In this document: positions 51,812 through 64,000 of the stretch, one piece after another
Layout: each line of letters starts with the position of its first letter
Position numbering within the stretch: the first letter of the stretch is position 1
Source of the DNA: Felis catus
Taxonomy: Eukaryota
Reading direction: 5' to 3'
DNA: 64,000 bases
NCBI RefSeq assembly: GCF_018350175.1
Contig: NC_058368.1
Span: 171,122,001-171,186,000 of the forward strand
Translations under genes and position numbers: made by a program
Notes under the pieces: model-generated
What the model saw: the letters and a program-made list of their open reading frames with translations, nothing else
Told to the model about the DNA's origin: nothing
Database searches by the model: none

Positions 51812-52989
51812 GCAAATTTGTTTTGCCAATCTAAATGCTGAATAAATAATTGTGTACCTACTATGTACTTAGTTCAGTGTGGGCTGGAACAATAATCTTC
51901 CTGCTACGCGCACAATTTAATCTACTTGATAGTTTGCATGGCATTCCTGCAAAGCTTTTTTACGAGAGTGACCCTATTTGAATCTCCTGCAACTCTGGAG
52001 AGTTGGAAGGTTAGGTACTAACTCCATTTTGTGAAGTAAGACTGTGGCAAACACTACCAGGTGCCTACCCACCACTCCTTCATTCTGCCATCCCATCTTC
52101 ATTGCTGACAAAAGCCTGACTGTGTTTGAGAGAGAAACTGCTCTGCCTCAGTCTAGGTTCTTGTTTCCACCAGCCCTGCTGCTGGGGGTAAGTGCTACAG
52201 TTCAGACTCATGACTCGTAAAAAAGAAATCTGCTGGGGTTTCTGGGACATCTTTGTTTGCATGTTTGTTGGTTCTTGCTTGAAGGAACCGACACAGCTAT
52301 CTCTGTCCTCCACTCTCCTTCCTGCCTTGCATGTGGATGTGAGGACGGGAGCTGCCATAGCCATTATGTGACCAGGAAGGAAAGGCCAAAAAACAAAAAA
52401 CAAAAGAACCCAGAAATATTTGTTCAGCAGCTTACTTCTGGACTTTGTTGTGTAAAAATATAGACTGTTATGTGATTAAAAGGCTACAGCTGAATTGTGT
52501 GTTACATACAGCCAAATGGATTCCTAGCTGAGACTGAGAACTAAATGTTTAAAAATTACATTTCCAAGGTCACAAAATCTATAAGGGGCACAGATAAGAC
52601 AACTTAAGGCAATTACTCTTTACACTTTCCAAAAATAGTCAATAGTCAATAACACTTGTTCGTTCAATAGTCAATAACACTTTGCCCAGTGTTTACGAAT
52701 GGCCAGTGTGTGGAGTTGACACAGATGAATAGGACACAATACTTCCACTTGATTCAAGCCAAGTCTCAAACATGTAAACAACTGTAGATAGTAGACACGT
52801 TATAGGAACAACTATGTAGACCAAACCAGGCCAAATCCAGTTTGTGACCTCTGATGTAGATGATACTTGGGCAAGACTTTGAATATAAAGAGATGTGCCA
52901 AATAGAAAGGAGAAAAGTGTCATTTAGGCTTAAAGTACAGAAGAAAAGGTGGAGCTAGAAATTATTTTGTATAGTTTCTGTGTACTTGA

Positions 52990-53480
52990 ACTTGAGTTTC
53001 TCTTGAAAAGTGGAGTCTGAGACCATAGCTTGCATGCATGTAATTTATTCTGAGATGTAACCCAGGGAATAGGGGTAGAATCTGGGAAGAATGAAGCAAA
53101 GACAGGGGAAAAGCCAATACAAGGGTGAATTATCAAGTGAGACCCCACTTTGCTGGGACTCTCTGAGGATACACAGAATGATCTACCCCAGGGCTGGAAA
53201 TGGGAATGCTAAACCTTAGCTCTTATCCTCCACAGGTCAAGGGTTGCCCCATGTTAACTATTGTGTACTTTCAAGTTTACACATGTGCTAATGTCAAGAA
53301 AGTTCTCAACAGCATCCTTGCCTTCCTTCCAGAAAAGTCCTGGGGTGGAAAGCAAGAAATAAGAGGAATAGCTGAAATGCAATACTGTTAAGTTACACCT
53401 ATAGGAAGCTGGTCTCTGCAGCTGAAATAAAAGGTTCACCAACAGAATCTGAGGCCTGGCACAAAACGGAGTTTGATACT
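52990..53480 (-). mobile_element. ERVL LTR16/LTR33-like remnant
   Basis: agtctgagacca..gtaatttattctgagatgtaacccaggga motif. Confidence 0.55.
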
Positions 53481-54235
53481 CCGTGATATGGTTATAGTGG
53501 AAGAGACAATGTTTGGAGAAGAAAGAGAAAGTTAGACAGGGATTTGGTAAGAATAGGCCTTAAATTCTTTTAATGTTTTATTTTCAAGTAATCTCTACAC
53601 CCAACGGGGATTAAATTCACAACCCTGAGAGGAAGAGTCACATGCTCTACCAACAGAACCAGCCAGGCATCCCAAAGCCTTGAATTCTTATAGGAGGTTC
53701 TTAATACTGGAGTTCTTCATCCTCCTTAGGGTACACCACTGAATCGTATGCGGAGGATTGTTTATGTGAATGTGGGTATGCATTTTTTCTTAGCGGGAGG
53801 TCTTAGAGTTTCTGAGGGCTCAGTTATCCAGAATAGGTTAGAAACTCCTGCACTGAGTAATAACCAGAGTAGAGATAAGAAAGTATTGGGTTGGAGTTCA
53901 CATTTCAATTTTTTCTAATTGGTAATGTTTCATCCTTCTTGAAGGTATAGTTTAGAAGGCTAATGTCAAAGATGTGCTTAGCCTCTCTGGTTAGCACTCT
54001 GAGATGGATCTCTGAAACACACAGGGGTCTCTAAATGGAAAACTGTGGTGTGATCATATTGTTGCTCTTAAACATCACTGCTAAGTGCTGATCATTTGCA
54101 GACTTCTATATATCATCTCATTTTATTTTTACATGATTTCTGTAATAGTTAATGATAGCATTAGCGCTAGTTTCTGCCTAACTGAACTCTTAATGCTCTT
54201 GTTACTGAAATGTCTTAATATTTTCCTTTTTCTAG

Positions 54236-54456
54236 GGAAAAATATATCCATGCCCCAAACTTATGGTTGAAATTGAGGTGCTAGATGGTTGTCTAGAGGA
54301 GATATTACATTCTTTCCAAGCCAAGAATTACAAGGTGTACTGTTAGATGCACCAATGAGCTGTATATAAGTGCATGGATGAGCTTAGAAGTCAAGTTGGG
54401 AATAGCCAAAGTTACTTGAGTTTCCCTGGGGAAGAACTCCAAGCATCTCCCAATAG
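54236..54456 (+). pseudogene. Dynein pseudo-exon, C-terminal domain
   Basis: ttttcctttttctag acceptor; LMVEIEVLDGCLEEILHSF(fs)QELQGVLLDAPMS..MDEL, cf. VLxQExERxNxLLxEIRxSLxELxxxxxGxxxMSxxxExL. Confidence 0.7.
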
Positions 54457-55249
54457 GTACAACACAGACACGCTTCACCCTTATTGAAGCCTCTCTCTCT
54501 TCCTCAGCTGAGTGCATTTTCTTTTTCAGTTGCAAATTAGCTTGCATTAGTAGGACAATGTTGTTCAAACACCACAGATGTTAAAACTCTAGAATTACAC
54601 TGAGGGCCACAAGATGTTTACCCAAGGGAGGACAGAAGCAGAAGAACAGGGGAACTGAGATTAGCTGAGGGACAATGAGTCACACCATCCCTCCCACCCT
54701 CCCTCTCTGGGCATTCACTAACTGAGAAGGGCAAGAGTAGATATTCAAATTATTTATGTTGTTGTCATCACTCTTTGCTGAGCTACTTGAATTTACATAA
54801 GTTAAGTGGAAGTCTGAGTGACTCCTTAGATTTAGAAAGAGTATTAACAGCTAACACTTACTAAACAAGCAAGGCACACTACACATTTTAATGAATTTAA
54901 GCCACTCTAAGGGGGAAGTGCTATTATTATCATCATTCTACAGATGGGGAGGGTGAGGTGCAGAAAGGTAAGGTAACTTGCCTGTGCAGGTGCATACCTA
55001 GTAAATGGAAAGTGGGTACTGTGCCAGACAGACTGGTTGTAGAATCTGTGTCCTTGACCAGACCCTGGTGTGGATGAATGTTGGGGGAGAGGCAGTAGAA
55101 AGAGAGGACTCCATTTTTCTTACCATAAAGTTTTTGAACAGGTTGGGAATAACTACTTTAATACAATTTGACTGCACAGGTGAGGAAACCTAGACAAAAT
55201 GAGGTGCCTGGTACAACCATTGTGGGATTAAAAGGCATGGTAAAATGTT

Positions 55250-55700
55250 TGGTGGCTCAAAAGATATCCACATCCTAGTCCCCAAAATCTATGAATGTTG
55301 CCTCGTGTCGTAAGATGGGATTTGCGATGTCATTATATTTAAAAATCTTGAAAGGGGGCTATTACCCTGGACTATCCATATGGGCTCTAAGTGCTATCAT
55401 GAGGGTCCTTATGAGAGGGAGGCAAGAAGGTCAAAGGAATAAGAGAAGTAGGAGATGAGATCATGGAAGCAAGAAGGTGGAGTGATGTGAGTTAAGGAAG
55501 GCAGGAAGCCTCCAGGAGATTGAAAATGCAAGGAAACCGATTCTTCCTTAGAGCCTCCAGAAAGAACCAGCCCTTGACTTAGCCCTGTGGAGCAAATTTT
55601 GTACTTCTGATCTCTAGAACTTTAAGAGAACACATTTGTGTTGTTTCAAGCCACTAAATTGTTGGTAACTTATTACAGCAGCCATAGGCAACTTAATAGA
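55250..55700 (+). mobile_element. MaLR LTR (MLT1D-like)
   Basis: aaagatatccacatcctagtcccc ... aagccactaaattgttggtaacttattacagcagccatagg. Confidence 0.85.
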
Positions 55701-55917
55701 GGGTTTCTTGCTGTTATTATGTTTTGGTTAAACAGTTTGCTTGACCTCTGTTACATCACATTCATATTCTGAGTTACATTAACTTGAGAAGAATAAAACT
55801 TTCTTTCTTTTAAAAGATACACTACAGTTCTTTCACTAATTCAAGTTTACCTTCCCCCTGATTCTTCCTGGTAACTGATATTTTAGTGTTCTTCCCTATG
55901 ACTCTTCGACTATACAG

Positions 55918-56013
55918 TTCAATAAGAGGATACACAAATCGCCTGGGTTGATTCCCCGGAGGTGACATTTCTTTCATTAGCTAACCAAGCCTAAGGCCTA
56001 TTTAAAGCTATTT
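55918..56013 (+). pseudogene. Dynein pseudo-exon, C-terminal domain
   Basis: tatacag acceptor, gtatgg donor; QIAWVDSPEVTFLSLANQA*GLFKAI, cf. QLxxWxxxxxPxVFWLSGFFNPQGFLTAI. Confidence 0.75.
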
Positions 56014-56516
56014 GTATGGAATTTAAGAGAACCTGATTAGAAACCAAAATGTGTTTATTCATATTCATGGTTCATTCATTGATGCACTAATTAAGCTAAT
56101 GTTTTATTAAGCATCCACCAAATGTCATAAAGTCAAGCAAAAAGACTTAGGGGACCAAATAATAATACGTGTGATACCTGATCCCAGAGGCTTCTCAGCC
56201 ATGAGACAGACGTGGTCTCTTCAGTTTCATGAGGCTACTGATATATTTTTAAAAATGAAGATATGACAAGCATGTTTTGTTTTCCATGTTAAATATTTAT
56301 ATGCAACAAACAAATGCTTTTTATACACATAAAACAATGTGACATAATTATGCCCTGCATGTAATAATGATGAGATTTATACACTATACTATCTCAAAGT
56401 GTTCTGCAAAGCAATGTGGTACAGTAATGGACCTAAGTTTCAAGTTATATAATGAATGCCAGCTGGTTCTAATCCTGTCACTGTGTCCCTGACTCTTTGT
56501 ATATGCTTGTTTGCAG

Positions 56517-56822
56517 ACAAGGTCAATTTCTAAATTTGCTGCCCTTTGTGAATGTGATGCCTGGGACAAATATTCCTGCATAACCCCAGTTATTTACTAT
56601 TAAATTAGAATAAATTGCACACAGTCACCAGTCATATAGTTAAGTGTATGCAGATACAATTCAAAGTTTCTATTCATATCTATAAACTAGTCAAAACCAC
56701 AGATTCCATCAACTTTGAGGGGAAATATACATGTATCTTTCTAGGTCCTCCATTCCAAAACATTCCTGGAGGACATTTGCTGGTGGATCTTCCAGCATTG
56801 CCAAAGACTTAAGACCAAACAA
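56517..56822 (+). pseudogene. Two dynein pseudo-exons, C-terminal domain
   Basis: SISKFAALCE at 56517 (cf. WPLDxxxLxC(D/E)V) and FEGKYTCIFLG..GHLLVD at 56691 (cf. EGVYxxGLFLEGA..GxLxE). Confidence 0.55.
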
Positions 56823-57289
56823 GTTTTAGGGAAGGTTCTGCCTGGGGAAAGCTCTGGCCCTGAGATTCAGCAAGCCTCAAGAGACTGGGTCTGGAGGGTT
56901 TGGGTCTGCCCAAATCCCTCCCTTGAAAAGAATATTATAAATATTATAAGCTGATAAATGTTTGGCTTACAGTTTTGATATCTGACTCCAAATACTGATG
57001 ACAAGGAGAAAAATACAATTAAAAGACATTTTAAATTCTTAGTTTGCCATAAATTTAAAAGTTAGTGAGCTCTTTGTTTCACATAAACTATTTTTAGATT
57101 CAGTTGGCAGGCCATATGGATGTATTTCTAGTTCTTTATTTCTAGTACGGTTTTATTAAAAAACACAGATTAACGCTAGAGCTTTCAAATTAGTTCAGAT
57201 TTCAGTGCTAGCCATTTAGATGCTCCCAAGATGCTTTCAACACTCTCATTTGCCCACATGGAGAGAAAAATCTTTTTCTCTCCCGGTAG

Positions 57290-57422
57290 CACCTTGGAAC
57301 CACACCTGCCTGTTTAAAATCAGGCATACAAAAGAGGAAATGCTGATAGATTTGGTGCTGTCTAGACAAGTATACTGATGTGCCATGTTGGGCTGGTGGT
57401 TGCCATGGTAATAAGCAAATAA
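57290..57422 (+). pseudogene. Dynein terminal pseudo-exon
   Basis: tttttctctcccggtag acceptor; LPV*NQAYKR..LIDLVL..PCWAG(fs)VAMVISK-stop, cf. (C/L)PVYxxxxR...WxxxGVALL-stop. Confidence 0.6.
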
Positions 57423-57764
57423 GCTCTTACACTCTGCTAAATAGTGGGTTGTGGATGCCTCCTTTACAATAGGCAATTTTCCCTCCCTTGAAATGGGGAT
57501 TGCCAAAAACAATCCGCCTAACTCTGAGACATGGAATCATGACATCCAACAATGTTTTAGGTTATAAGATGAATGCTGCACTCTAATGTTCCTTGTCAAA
57601 GTAATCCATTTTCTTTGCCATTTGTCAGCATATTAACAAGTTCCTCATTATGTAGCAGAGGGGACTGAGTCTAAGAAACTGTAAGTGGGCAGGAAATTCA
57701 AAGTGTTTTCACTTGCTTCTCTAAATAACAGCTTTGGAGTCTTTCACTCATTAGAGTTGTGCCT

Positions 57765-58420
57765 TTCGTTCATTCAGTCAATACTTGTAAATTTCCTACT
57801 CTGTACCAGGCCTTGCACTAGCCGCTGGGTGTACTAATTTGGATAAGGGGCTACCTTTTTCCTCAGGTTGCTGATGGTTTAGTGGGTAACACAGAGAAAC
57901 CAAGCATTCCAAGGCAGATTTGAATAAGTGGGACATGTAACATGGAGGATACTTCTGGAACACGTAGATATGGCACAGAACTCTGTCCTGGAAAGTCAAG
58001 GAAAGCACCCTGGTGCATAATATTTAGTCTGAAGGAAGGTAGGAGGATTCCAAACAAAATGGAGAAAAGCATACCAAGAAGAGGAAACAGGAGCTTCACA
58101 CCCCAGGGGACAGGATATTAACACTGCATTCCACTCAACACTAGAAATGGAGGGAGAAATGTGGGTTGTAATAGGCTGTGTGAGGGAGGGGAGTCGGGAG
58201 AGGTGAATCTTCACAGGTAGGTGAGGTTCTAATCATGAGAGCCTAGCTATGTTCAGAATTTTGGACTTTATCCTGAAAGTACTGAGGAGTCAATGAAGTG
58301 TTCAAGCAGAGGAGTGACACTGTAGAAAAGTATTTCTAATTGCAGCACGGACAATGGGTTGGAAAGACAGTAAGGCTGGAGGCAAGAAGAAAAATTAAAT
58401 AGGCTTTTGTAGTAGCCAAC
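57765..58420 (-). mobile_element. L2 3' portion
   Basis: ttcattcagtcaatactt..ctactctgtaccagg; tttggactttatcctgaaag. Confidence 0.7.
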
Positions 58421-58479
58421 AGCTCGTCAAATTTAAGAGTCTCTTCTGAATTATTATCCTTTCTATTCATGGTGAAGAC

Positions 58480-59250
58480 TGTTAAGTGGCCCCCTAGTAT
58501 CTATGCTTCCCCTTTTATACAGTAAATAGTTAAAATTCAATAGGACACATGGCTGCCCAGCTGAAGATTTAAATTTCCCAGATGCCCTTGTAGCCAGGTG
58601 TGGCCATGGAATCTAAATTGATTTGTGTAGCTTCCAAGGCAGGCCTTTCCCATTCCCCTTTTCTTCCTTCCTGCAGGCTTGAATACAGATGTGACAGCAG
58701 GAACTGCAGGAACTCACTGAGACTATGAGAAGGAAGCCTAGTGTCTTGGGTCAGTCTGTTCTAATGAAGTACCACAGACTAGGTGGCTTATTAACAACAG
58801 AAATTTATTCCTCACAGTCCCGGAGTCTGACAGCCCCAGATCAGGGTGCCAGCACGGTCGGGTTCTGGTGAGAGCCCTTTTCGTGTTGCAGACTATTGTC
58901 TTCTTGTTGTAACCTCACATGGTGGAAAGGGGGCAAAAGAGCTATCTGGGGTCCCCTTAATAAGGGCTCTAATCCTGAATTATCTATTACCTAATCACTC
59001 CCCAAAGGCCCCACCTCCTAATACCATCACATGAGGGGTTAGGATTTCAACTTATCAATATTGGGGTGGGAGGGGGGCAGACACAAACATTCAGTCTACC
59101 TCACCCAGTGTTAGGAGGCAGAGCAATTAAACAAAATGAGCCTGGGACTCTGATGATTGTGGAATCACCAGACCTGCCCTGAAACATTTCATGGTGCCAT
59201 TTAGAATTCTCTGTTATAGAATCTCAGCCAGTATCCTAACTAATAACACT
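58480..59250. mobile_element. Old MLT1 LTR with a younger antisense MLT1A-like LTR nested at about 58741-59105
   Basis: accacagactaggtggcttattaacaacagaaatttatt..ccccacctcctaataccatcac. Confidence 0.75.
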
Positions 59251-60215
59251 GTCTTAATGTCATCTGACAGTTTGGGGAGCTAGTCATTTTTCCTATAAAC
59301 TGTTTACTGCCTCGTCTTCATGGCAGATCCTTATCTATTTATCTAATCTGTCTATCATCTCTGTTCTTCCACTTCTCTGACTACTGTCCATGTAGTCACT
59401 TTCTTGGATTCTCTTTGTCTTTCTACCTCCTATTGTATGTAGGATTTAAGGTTCTGTTCTACACTTCTCCACCGGGGGACTCATGATTTTATTCAGTGCA
59501 AAAGACTTCCAATTTTGTATTTTAGCCTGATCTTTGGCTACACTAATATTTTCAGAAGCCTGCAGCACATTTCCATTTATGTCTGCAGATACCATTTGCA
59601 AATCAACATGTCCCCTCACCCACATGGTTCTGTTTCCCAGGCCAGTCATTTCTTCCCAAGGCAGTGTCACTTTTTCCCCTATTCTGTCAGCCCTCAAGTC
59701 TTATGACTCACTTGAACTGCTTCTCCTCTCCTTCATCTCTCATCTCTAACCTGTCTCTAAACTTTTTTGCTTTGGTTTGTCTCAAAAAATTTTGTATTTG
59801 GTCTTGTCACCATTGTTGCCACTATTTAATTGGGTCTTTATGGCCAGGCCTCCAACTTCCATTCTCATCCTTTACTATCCTGTCCTGAATAGGTAACACT
59901 TGAACAATTTCTTAAATTACTGTTTTTCCCTTTCCTTCCTCAAGAAAGGAGGATAGAGGGTGTCTAGGTTTTATCACCCTGGTCCCAAACCTGTGTCCTG
60001 AGAAAGAGCATAATGCAATAAAATGAACGAGAGCTTTAAGTGTCTAAGAGAATAGGGAGTGAATTACTAATCTATTGATCACTGGGTGTGTGACCTTGAG
60101 AAAATTTATTTGCCACTCGAAGCTTAAATAGTCACATGTATAAAATAGAGATGGTAAGAATCCATATCTGGAGATTATTGAGACTCAAATGGGTAAGTGA
60201 TCCTTATTTTGATGT

Positions 60216-60809
60216 TGTCACCAGCAAGACCCCAAGAGCTGGCCTTTACTACTCACCTGCTTGTACTTACTAACTTCTGTCATACACGTCCCCTAAGATC
60301 TTCTTTCTAACTTCCCTCTTAACTCAGGCAAATGAAACCCAAAACTATCCCCCAGGCGATGGAGACTGACTGCCCTGACAAAAATCTCCCTGGGCCCAGA
60401 CCACCCAGGCCAGGCTAAACCTGACTCAAGTCTGCACAGATGGACCATAGAGTGACCAATGAATGGCCTACAATTACCTTTACCTTATTATATTACTCAA
60501 ATCTCTGCCCAAGGAGGATCTCAGTTTCATTTATGTAACATACAATGTATGTGTAGACATGTTTCACTTAAGGTACACGTGAGATCTCCTGCCCACCTCT
60601 ACATAGGATGCTTGAGCTTTCCTATCTAGATACTCATCCTAACCTTAAACAAAAGGAATCCATTCACCCTCTCTGGGGGAGTCACGGCTTTGGAAGCCAT
60701 TCACTGTGATCTCCTTTTTTGCTGCAAATAAAAGTTTTCTTTGTGTGACAACTCAACCTGGTGCGGTTTCAGACTCACCAGGGAGCAAACTCACATTGGT
60801 TTGGTTACA
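60216..60809 (+). mobile_element. ERV1-type solo LTR inserted in a MIR
   Basis: TG...CA termini, 4-bp TSD atgt (60212-60215 and 60810-60813), aataaa at about 60727. Confidence 0.85.
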
Positions 60810-62574
60810 ATGTCTGGCACATGAAAGTTGCCATTAAATGTCATTTCCCTATGGAGCCACTATAGTCTAGTGCTACTCTATCCATCACATCTAAGATCCA
60901 CTTTTTTTCTGCCTCATTTAGTCTGACTGTGCTCAGTCCCATCTCTTTGCCTCTGTTCTACCCATAAGAGATGTATTTTCCTTATTTTAATTCCACAAAT
61001 ATTTATGGATAATGTTTTATGTACCAGGCATTGTTTCAGCCACTTCCTTAAATCCTACTCATCCTTTTTGTTGTAGTCAAGTTCCATGAAGCCTCTGCAG
61101 ATACACTGGTGACCCCAACAGAATGTTCTTCTCTCTGAACTGCTGTTGTCCTAACTCTACTGCACCTGGTTGTTCTCTAGTTGTTTTCTGGCCATTTCCT
61201 CGCATAGTCTATAAGCTAGTAGTGTTGGAGAATTTATTAATTAAACCCCTTCCCATTTCCAGCTTGGTATCTCTTCCCTAATAGGAATCAATGACAAATA
61301 CTCTTGCCTAAAAAATTAATTTTACTCTAATGTCTATGGCTTATAAAGGAAATCTCTTTAATTACTCAGCTCTAACTTAAAAAAAAAAAAGTTACAGCCA
61401 TACTAGCGGGTTATACAAGTCATTATTACCTGGCTACATAAGTATGTCAGAGACTTTAGAACTATCTTTTTAGCCTTTCCCCCCCCAAACTGAATATTTG
61501 TGATAAAGACTTAATGTCCTGCAAAACATGAATCCATTTCCTAAGGATTTCTTCCTCTGGAGAAGTCAGGCAATCTGCTAATGAGCTTTCAGTCAGGAGA
61601 CAGGAGCTCTAGAGATACCCTGGGGGATGGGCTGTCAACAGATTTTTTTTCTCCAAGTGGTGGGTGGAAGGTGAGAGAGAGAGAATTGAGGCAATGTTGC
61701 ATAATTTCTCCACCTTCACATGTATAATCTCTTTTTCTGTATCTTTTGCTGCCATGCCAAAGCCCCGTAGGGCGCCTTATCATAATGTTATGCGACTGAC
61801 CTATAGCTTCCTCAGGCTTTCTGCTACCTTCAGGCTTTCTTCACAACGTTCTGACCTGGGGGGCAGTTGTGAATATTGGCATGAACTCAAAGGCTAGAGA
61901 TGTGTAGCATCTTAGAGTTTGTCAGACCTACTGTCACCCTGGCTTGTCATCACCTCTCTTGGGAATTTGAATTTACTTCAGTTGAAACAAAAAGATATTT
62001 ATGAAGTACCTATTATGAGCAAAGCATGCTCTGGAAAAGTATAAAGTCAGGAGTCCTGGGTTCTGGTTCTATCCTACCACTCCCTTTGGGACCTTGAGAA
62101 AACCCTTTCCATTTGGGGGGCCATATTTACTTTACTAGTAAATTAGGAGATCCTTCTTTAAAATTCTATGTTCTGTGATGCAGTAAGTGTCATTGTTTTT
62201 GCGGTGTGCAAATAGGACATTAAGACATTATAACCAGGCATCAAGAACATGTGCTCTGGACTCAGATCACCAAGGTTCAAATACTGGCTCCACTTTTTTA
62301 GTCATTGTGTGCCCCTGAGCAACTCACTAAACTTCTCTGTGCCTAGATCCCTCATTGTAGACATAATAGAGTGCCTCCCCTCAGAGGTCTGTAGTAAAAA
62401 CTGAAGGACAAATAAAGAACTTGATACAAAGGGGCATGAAGAAGCTGCCTGGGGGTGACAGGAGCATTCTTTATCTTGTTTGTGGTGGTGGCTATACTAC
62501 TGCACACATTTATTAAAATTCATAGAACTACACCCAAAAAGGGTGAATTTACCTTAAAAGACCCCAGCTTATAA

Positions 62575-62990
62575 ATAAAGGCCTGCTGTATTATTCCAAC
62601 TATAGAATATTCTGGAAAAGGTAAAGCTATAGAGATAGTAGAAAAATCAGTTGTTGTCAGGGATTTGGGGATGGGGAGGCAGGGATGGATAGGTGGAGCA
62701 TAAGGGATTTTTAGGGTAGTGAAACGATGCTGTACGATACTGTGACAGTAGATACAGGTCATTATACGGTTCTCAAAACCTGCAGAAAGTACAACACAAA
62801 GAGTCAACACTAATGTAAGCTGTAGACTTTAGGTAATAATAATGGGTCAGGTTGGGTTCATTGATGATAACAAATGTACCACATGAATCCAAGACGTTAA
62901 CGATACGGACATGTGTGAAATCCCCTTAGTTTCCACTCAAACTTTCTGTAAACCTGAAACTATCCTAAAAAATAAAATCTATTAACTTGT
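62575..62990 (+). mobile_element. L1MC1/2-like 3' end
   Basis: attctggaaaaggtaaagctatagagatagt..aaacctgaaactatcctaaaaaataaa. Confidence 0.8.
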
Positions 62991-64000
62991 TTTTAAAAAG
63001 GTCTTTCACGGAAACAAGCACTAAGTTAGTTACTATTACTATTCCTTCCTTTGAAAACAACAACAAAGGATTTCTTTCTTAAAACCATGCCAAGGCACCT
63101 GGGCCTGGGCTACCCCTTGCAGGGGGAACGGAGCACATAGATGGGCAACAAAGAGCAGCCCCTCCCAATGCAAACTTCGTAAATACTGATTTTTTTAAAG
63201 GTGAATATAAACTCATCAATATCTCCTCTCTGAGCGTCTAAGGCCTGAACTGCACGGAAGCTGCTCTTTTCTCCTGAGCTGCTCATGTTCTCCATGATTC
63301 AGCCACAGATGCTCTTTCTCATTTCGTGATTGTGTCTGCTATTTTACCAAGGCACTGAAGACATGGAACAGCCAATTAAATATCATCACATTTTCAGTGC
63401 CCTTGGGAAAGCCATACAGGAAACAGACTGTGTTTATATCTCACACCTCTGGGGAGGCTGCATAAGCTGAAAGCAATGTAGGATTTTTCCTTCTCTTTAT
63501 TCTCAAAGAAGAATTAAAAACAAAAATCCAAGCCACACAGCCACCCAAAACAAACAAAAAAAATAGTTTCAAATATAGAAACACTCTCCATGATGAATAT
63601 GCATGTGGAAAAATTGTCCTAAAGTCTGTGAAAAATCTTACCGAAGCCTGTTTTATCTGAGGGGCTCAGCAGCTTTTGTTGCTCTGGGCTATTGGAGCAC
63701 ATACACCAAGTTCACCCCAGCATGAGCATGGGACCAACCCCGCTTGCGCTCTGCTGGGCAGTCCCTTGCAGGGTCACCTGCCAACGGAACCCCGGTTGAT
63801 GAGCTCACAGTGAGAAGTCTACGTGCTCCCTTGTCAGGGCCTTGTATCTCAGGCTCACTGTGATAAGGACTCTCTGGGGACCATATACACACTCCATAAC
63901 CTCCATGAGCTTCACGTGCTTCACTGGTAAGGCATGCGGATTAGACTAGAAAATCTCTAGGGTGCCTTCCAGCCCCATCATCCTTTGATTCCTAATTCCT

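Larger units (their letters stand above)
444..57422 (+). pseudogene. Decayed multi-exon dynein heavy chain pseudogene, C-terminal half (AAA4 to C-terminus); probably extends upstream of the window
   Basis: More than 25 splice-site-bounded fragments translate to dynein motor motifs in collinear order (see individual exons); nearly all carry stops or frameshifts. Motif matching was by eye. Confidence 0.85.

Noticed and set aside
63689..63892. 67-aa ORF as a protein-coding gene
   Set aside because: Non-ATG start inside MIR-like sequence; no recognisable homology.

Overview
AT-rich mammalian genomic DNA, almost certainly from a felid: it carries many tRNA-derived CAN-SINEs of the cat SINEC_Fc type and a carnivore L1 3' end. 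I find no intact protein-coding gene; the supplied ORFs are mostly chance or repeat-derived. Between the repeats lies a chain of more than 25 decayed AG..GT-bounded exons. Their translations, read across stops and frameshifts, follow in order the C-terminal half of a dynein heavy chain: AAA4, stalk, AAA5, buttress, AAA6 and C-terminal domain, ending at about 57,420. This looks like an unprocessed, probably unitary, dynein heavy chain pseudogene on the + strand. Its stalk/microtubule-binding exons (about 9.0-16.5 kb) lie in order on the - strand, which implies an intragenic inversion. One intron holds a 5 kb ERV with class III (ERV-L-type) pol remnants, a deleted RT and a gammaretrovirus-type env remnant. 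All protein and repeat comparisons were made by eye against remembered family motifs; no alignment or database search was run. Exon and old-repeat boundaries are approximate.
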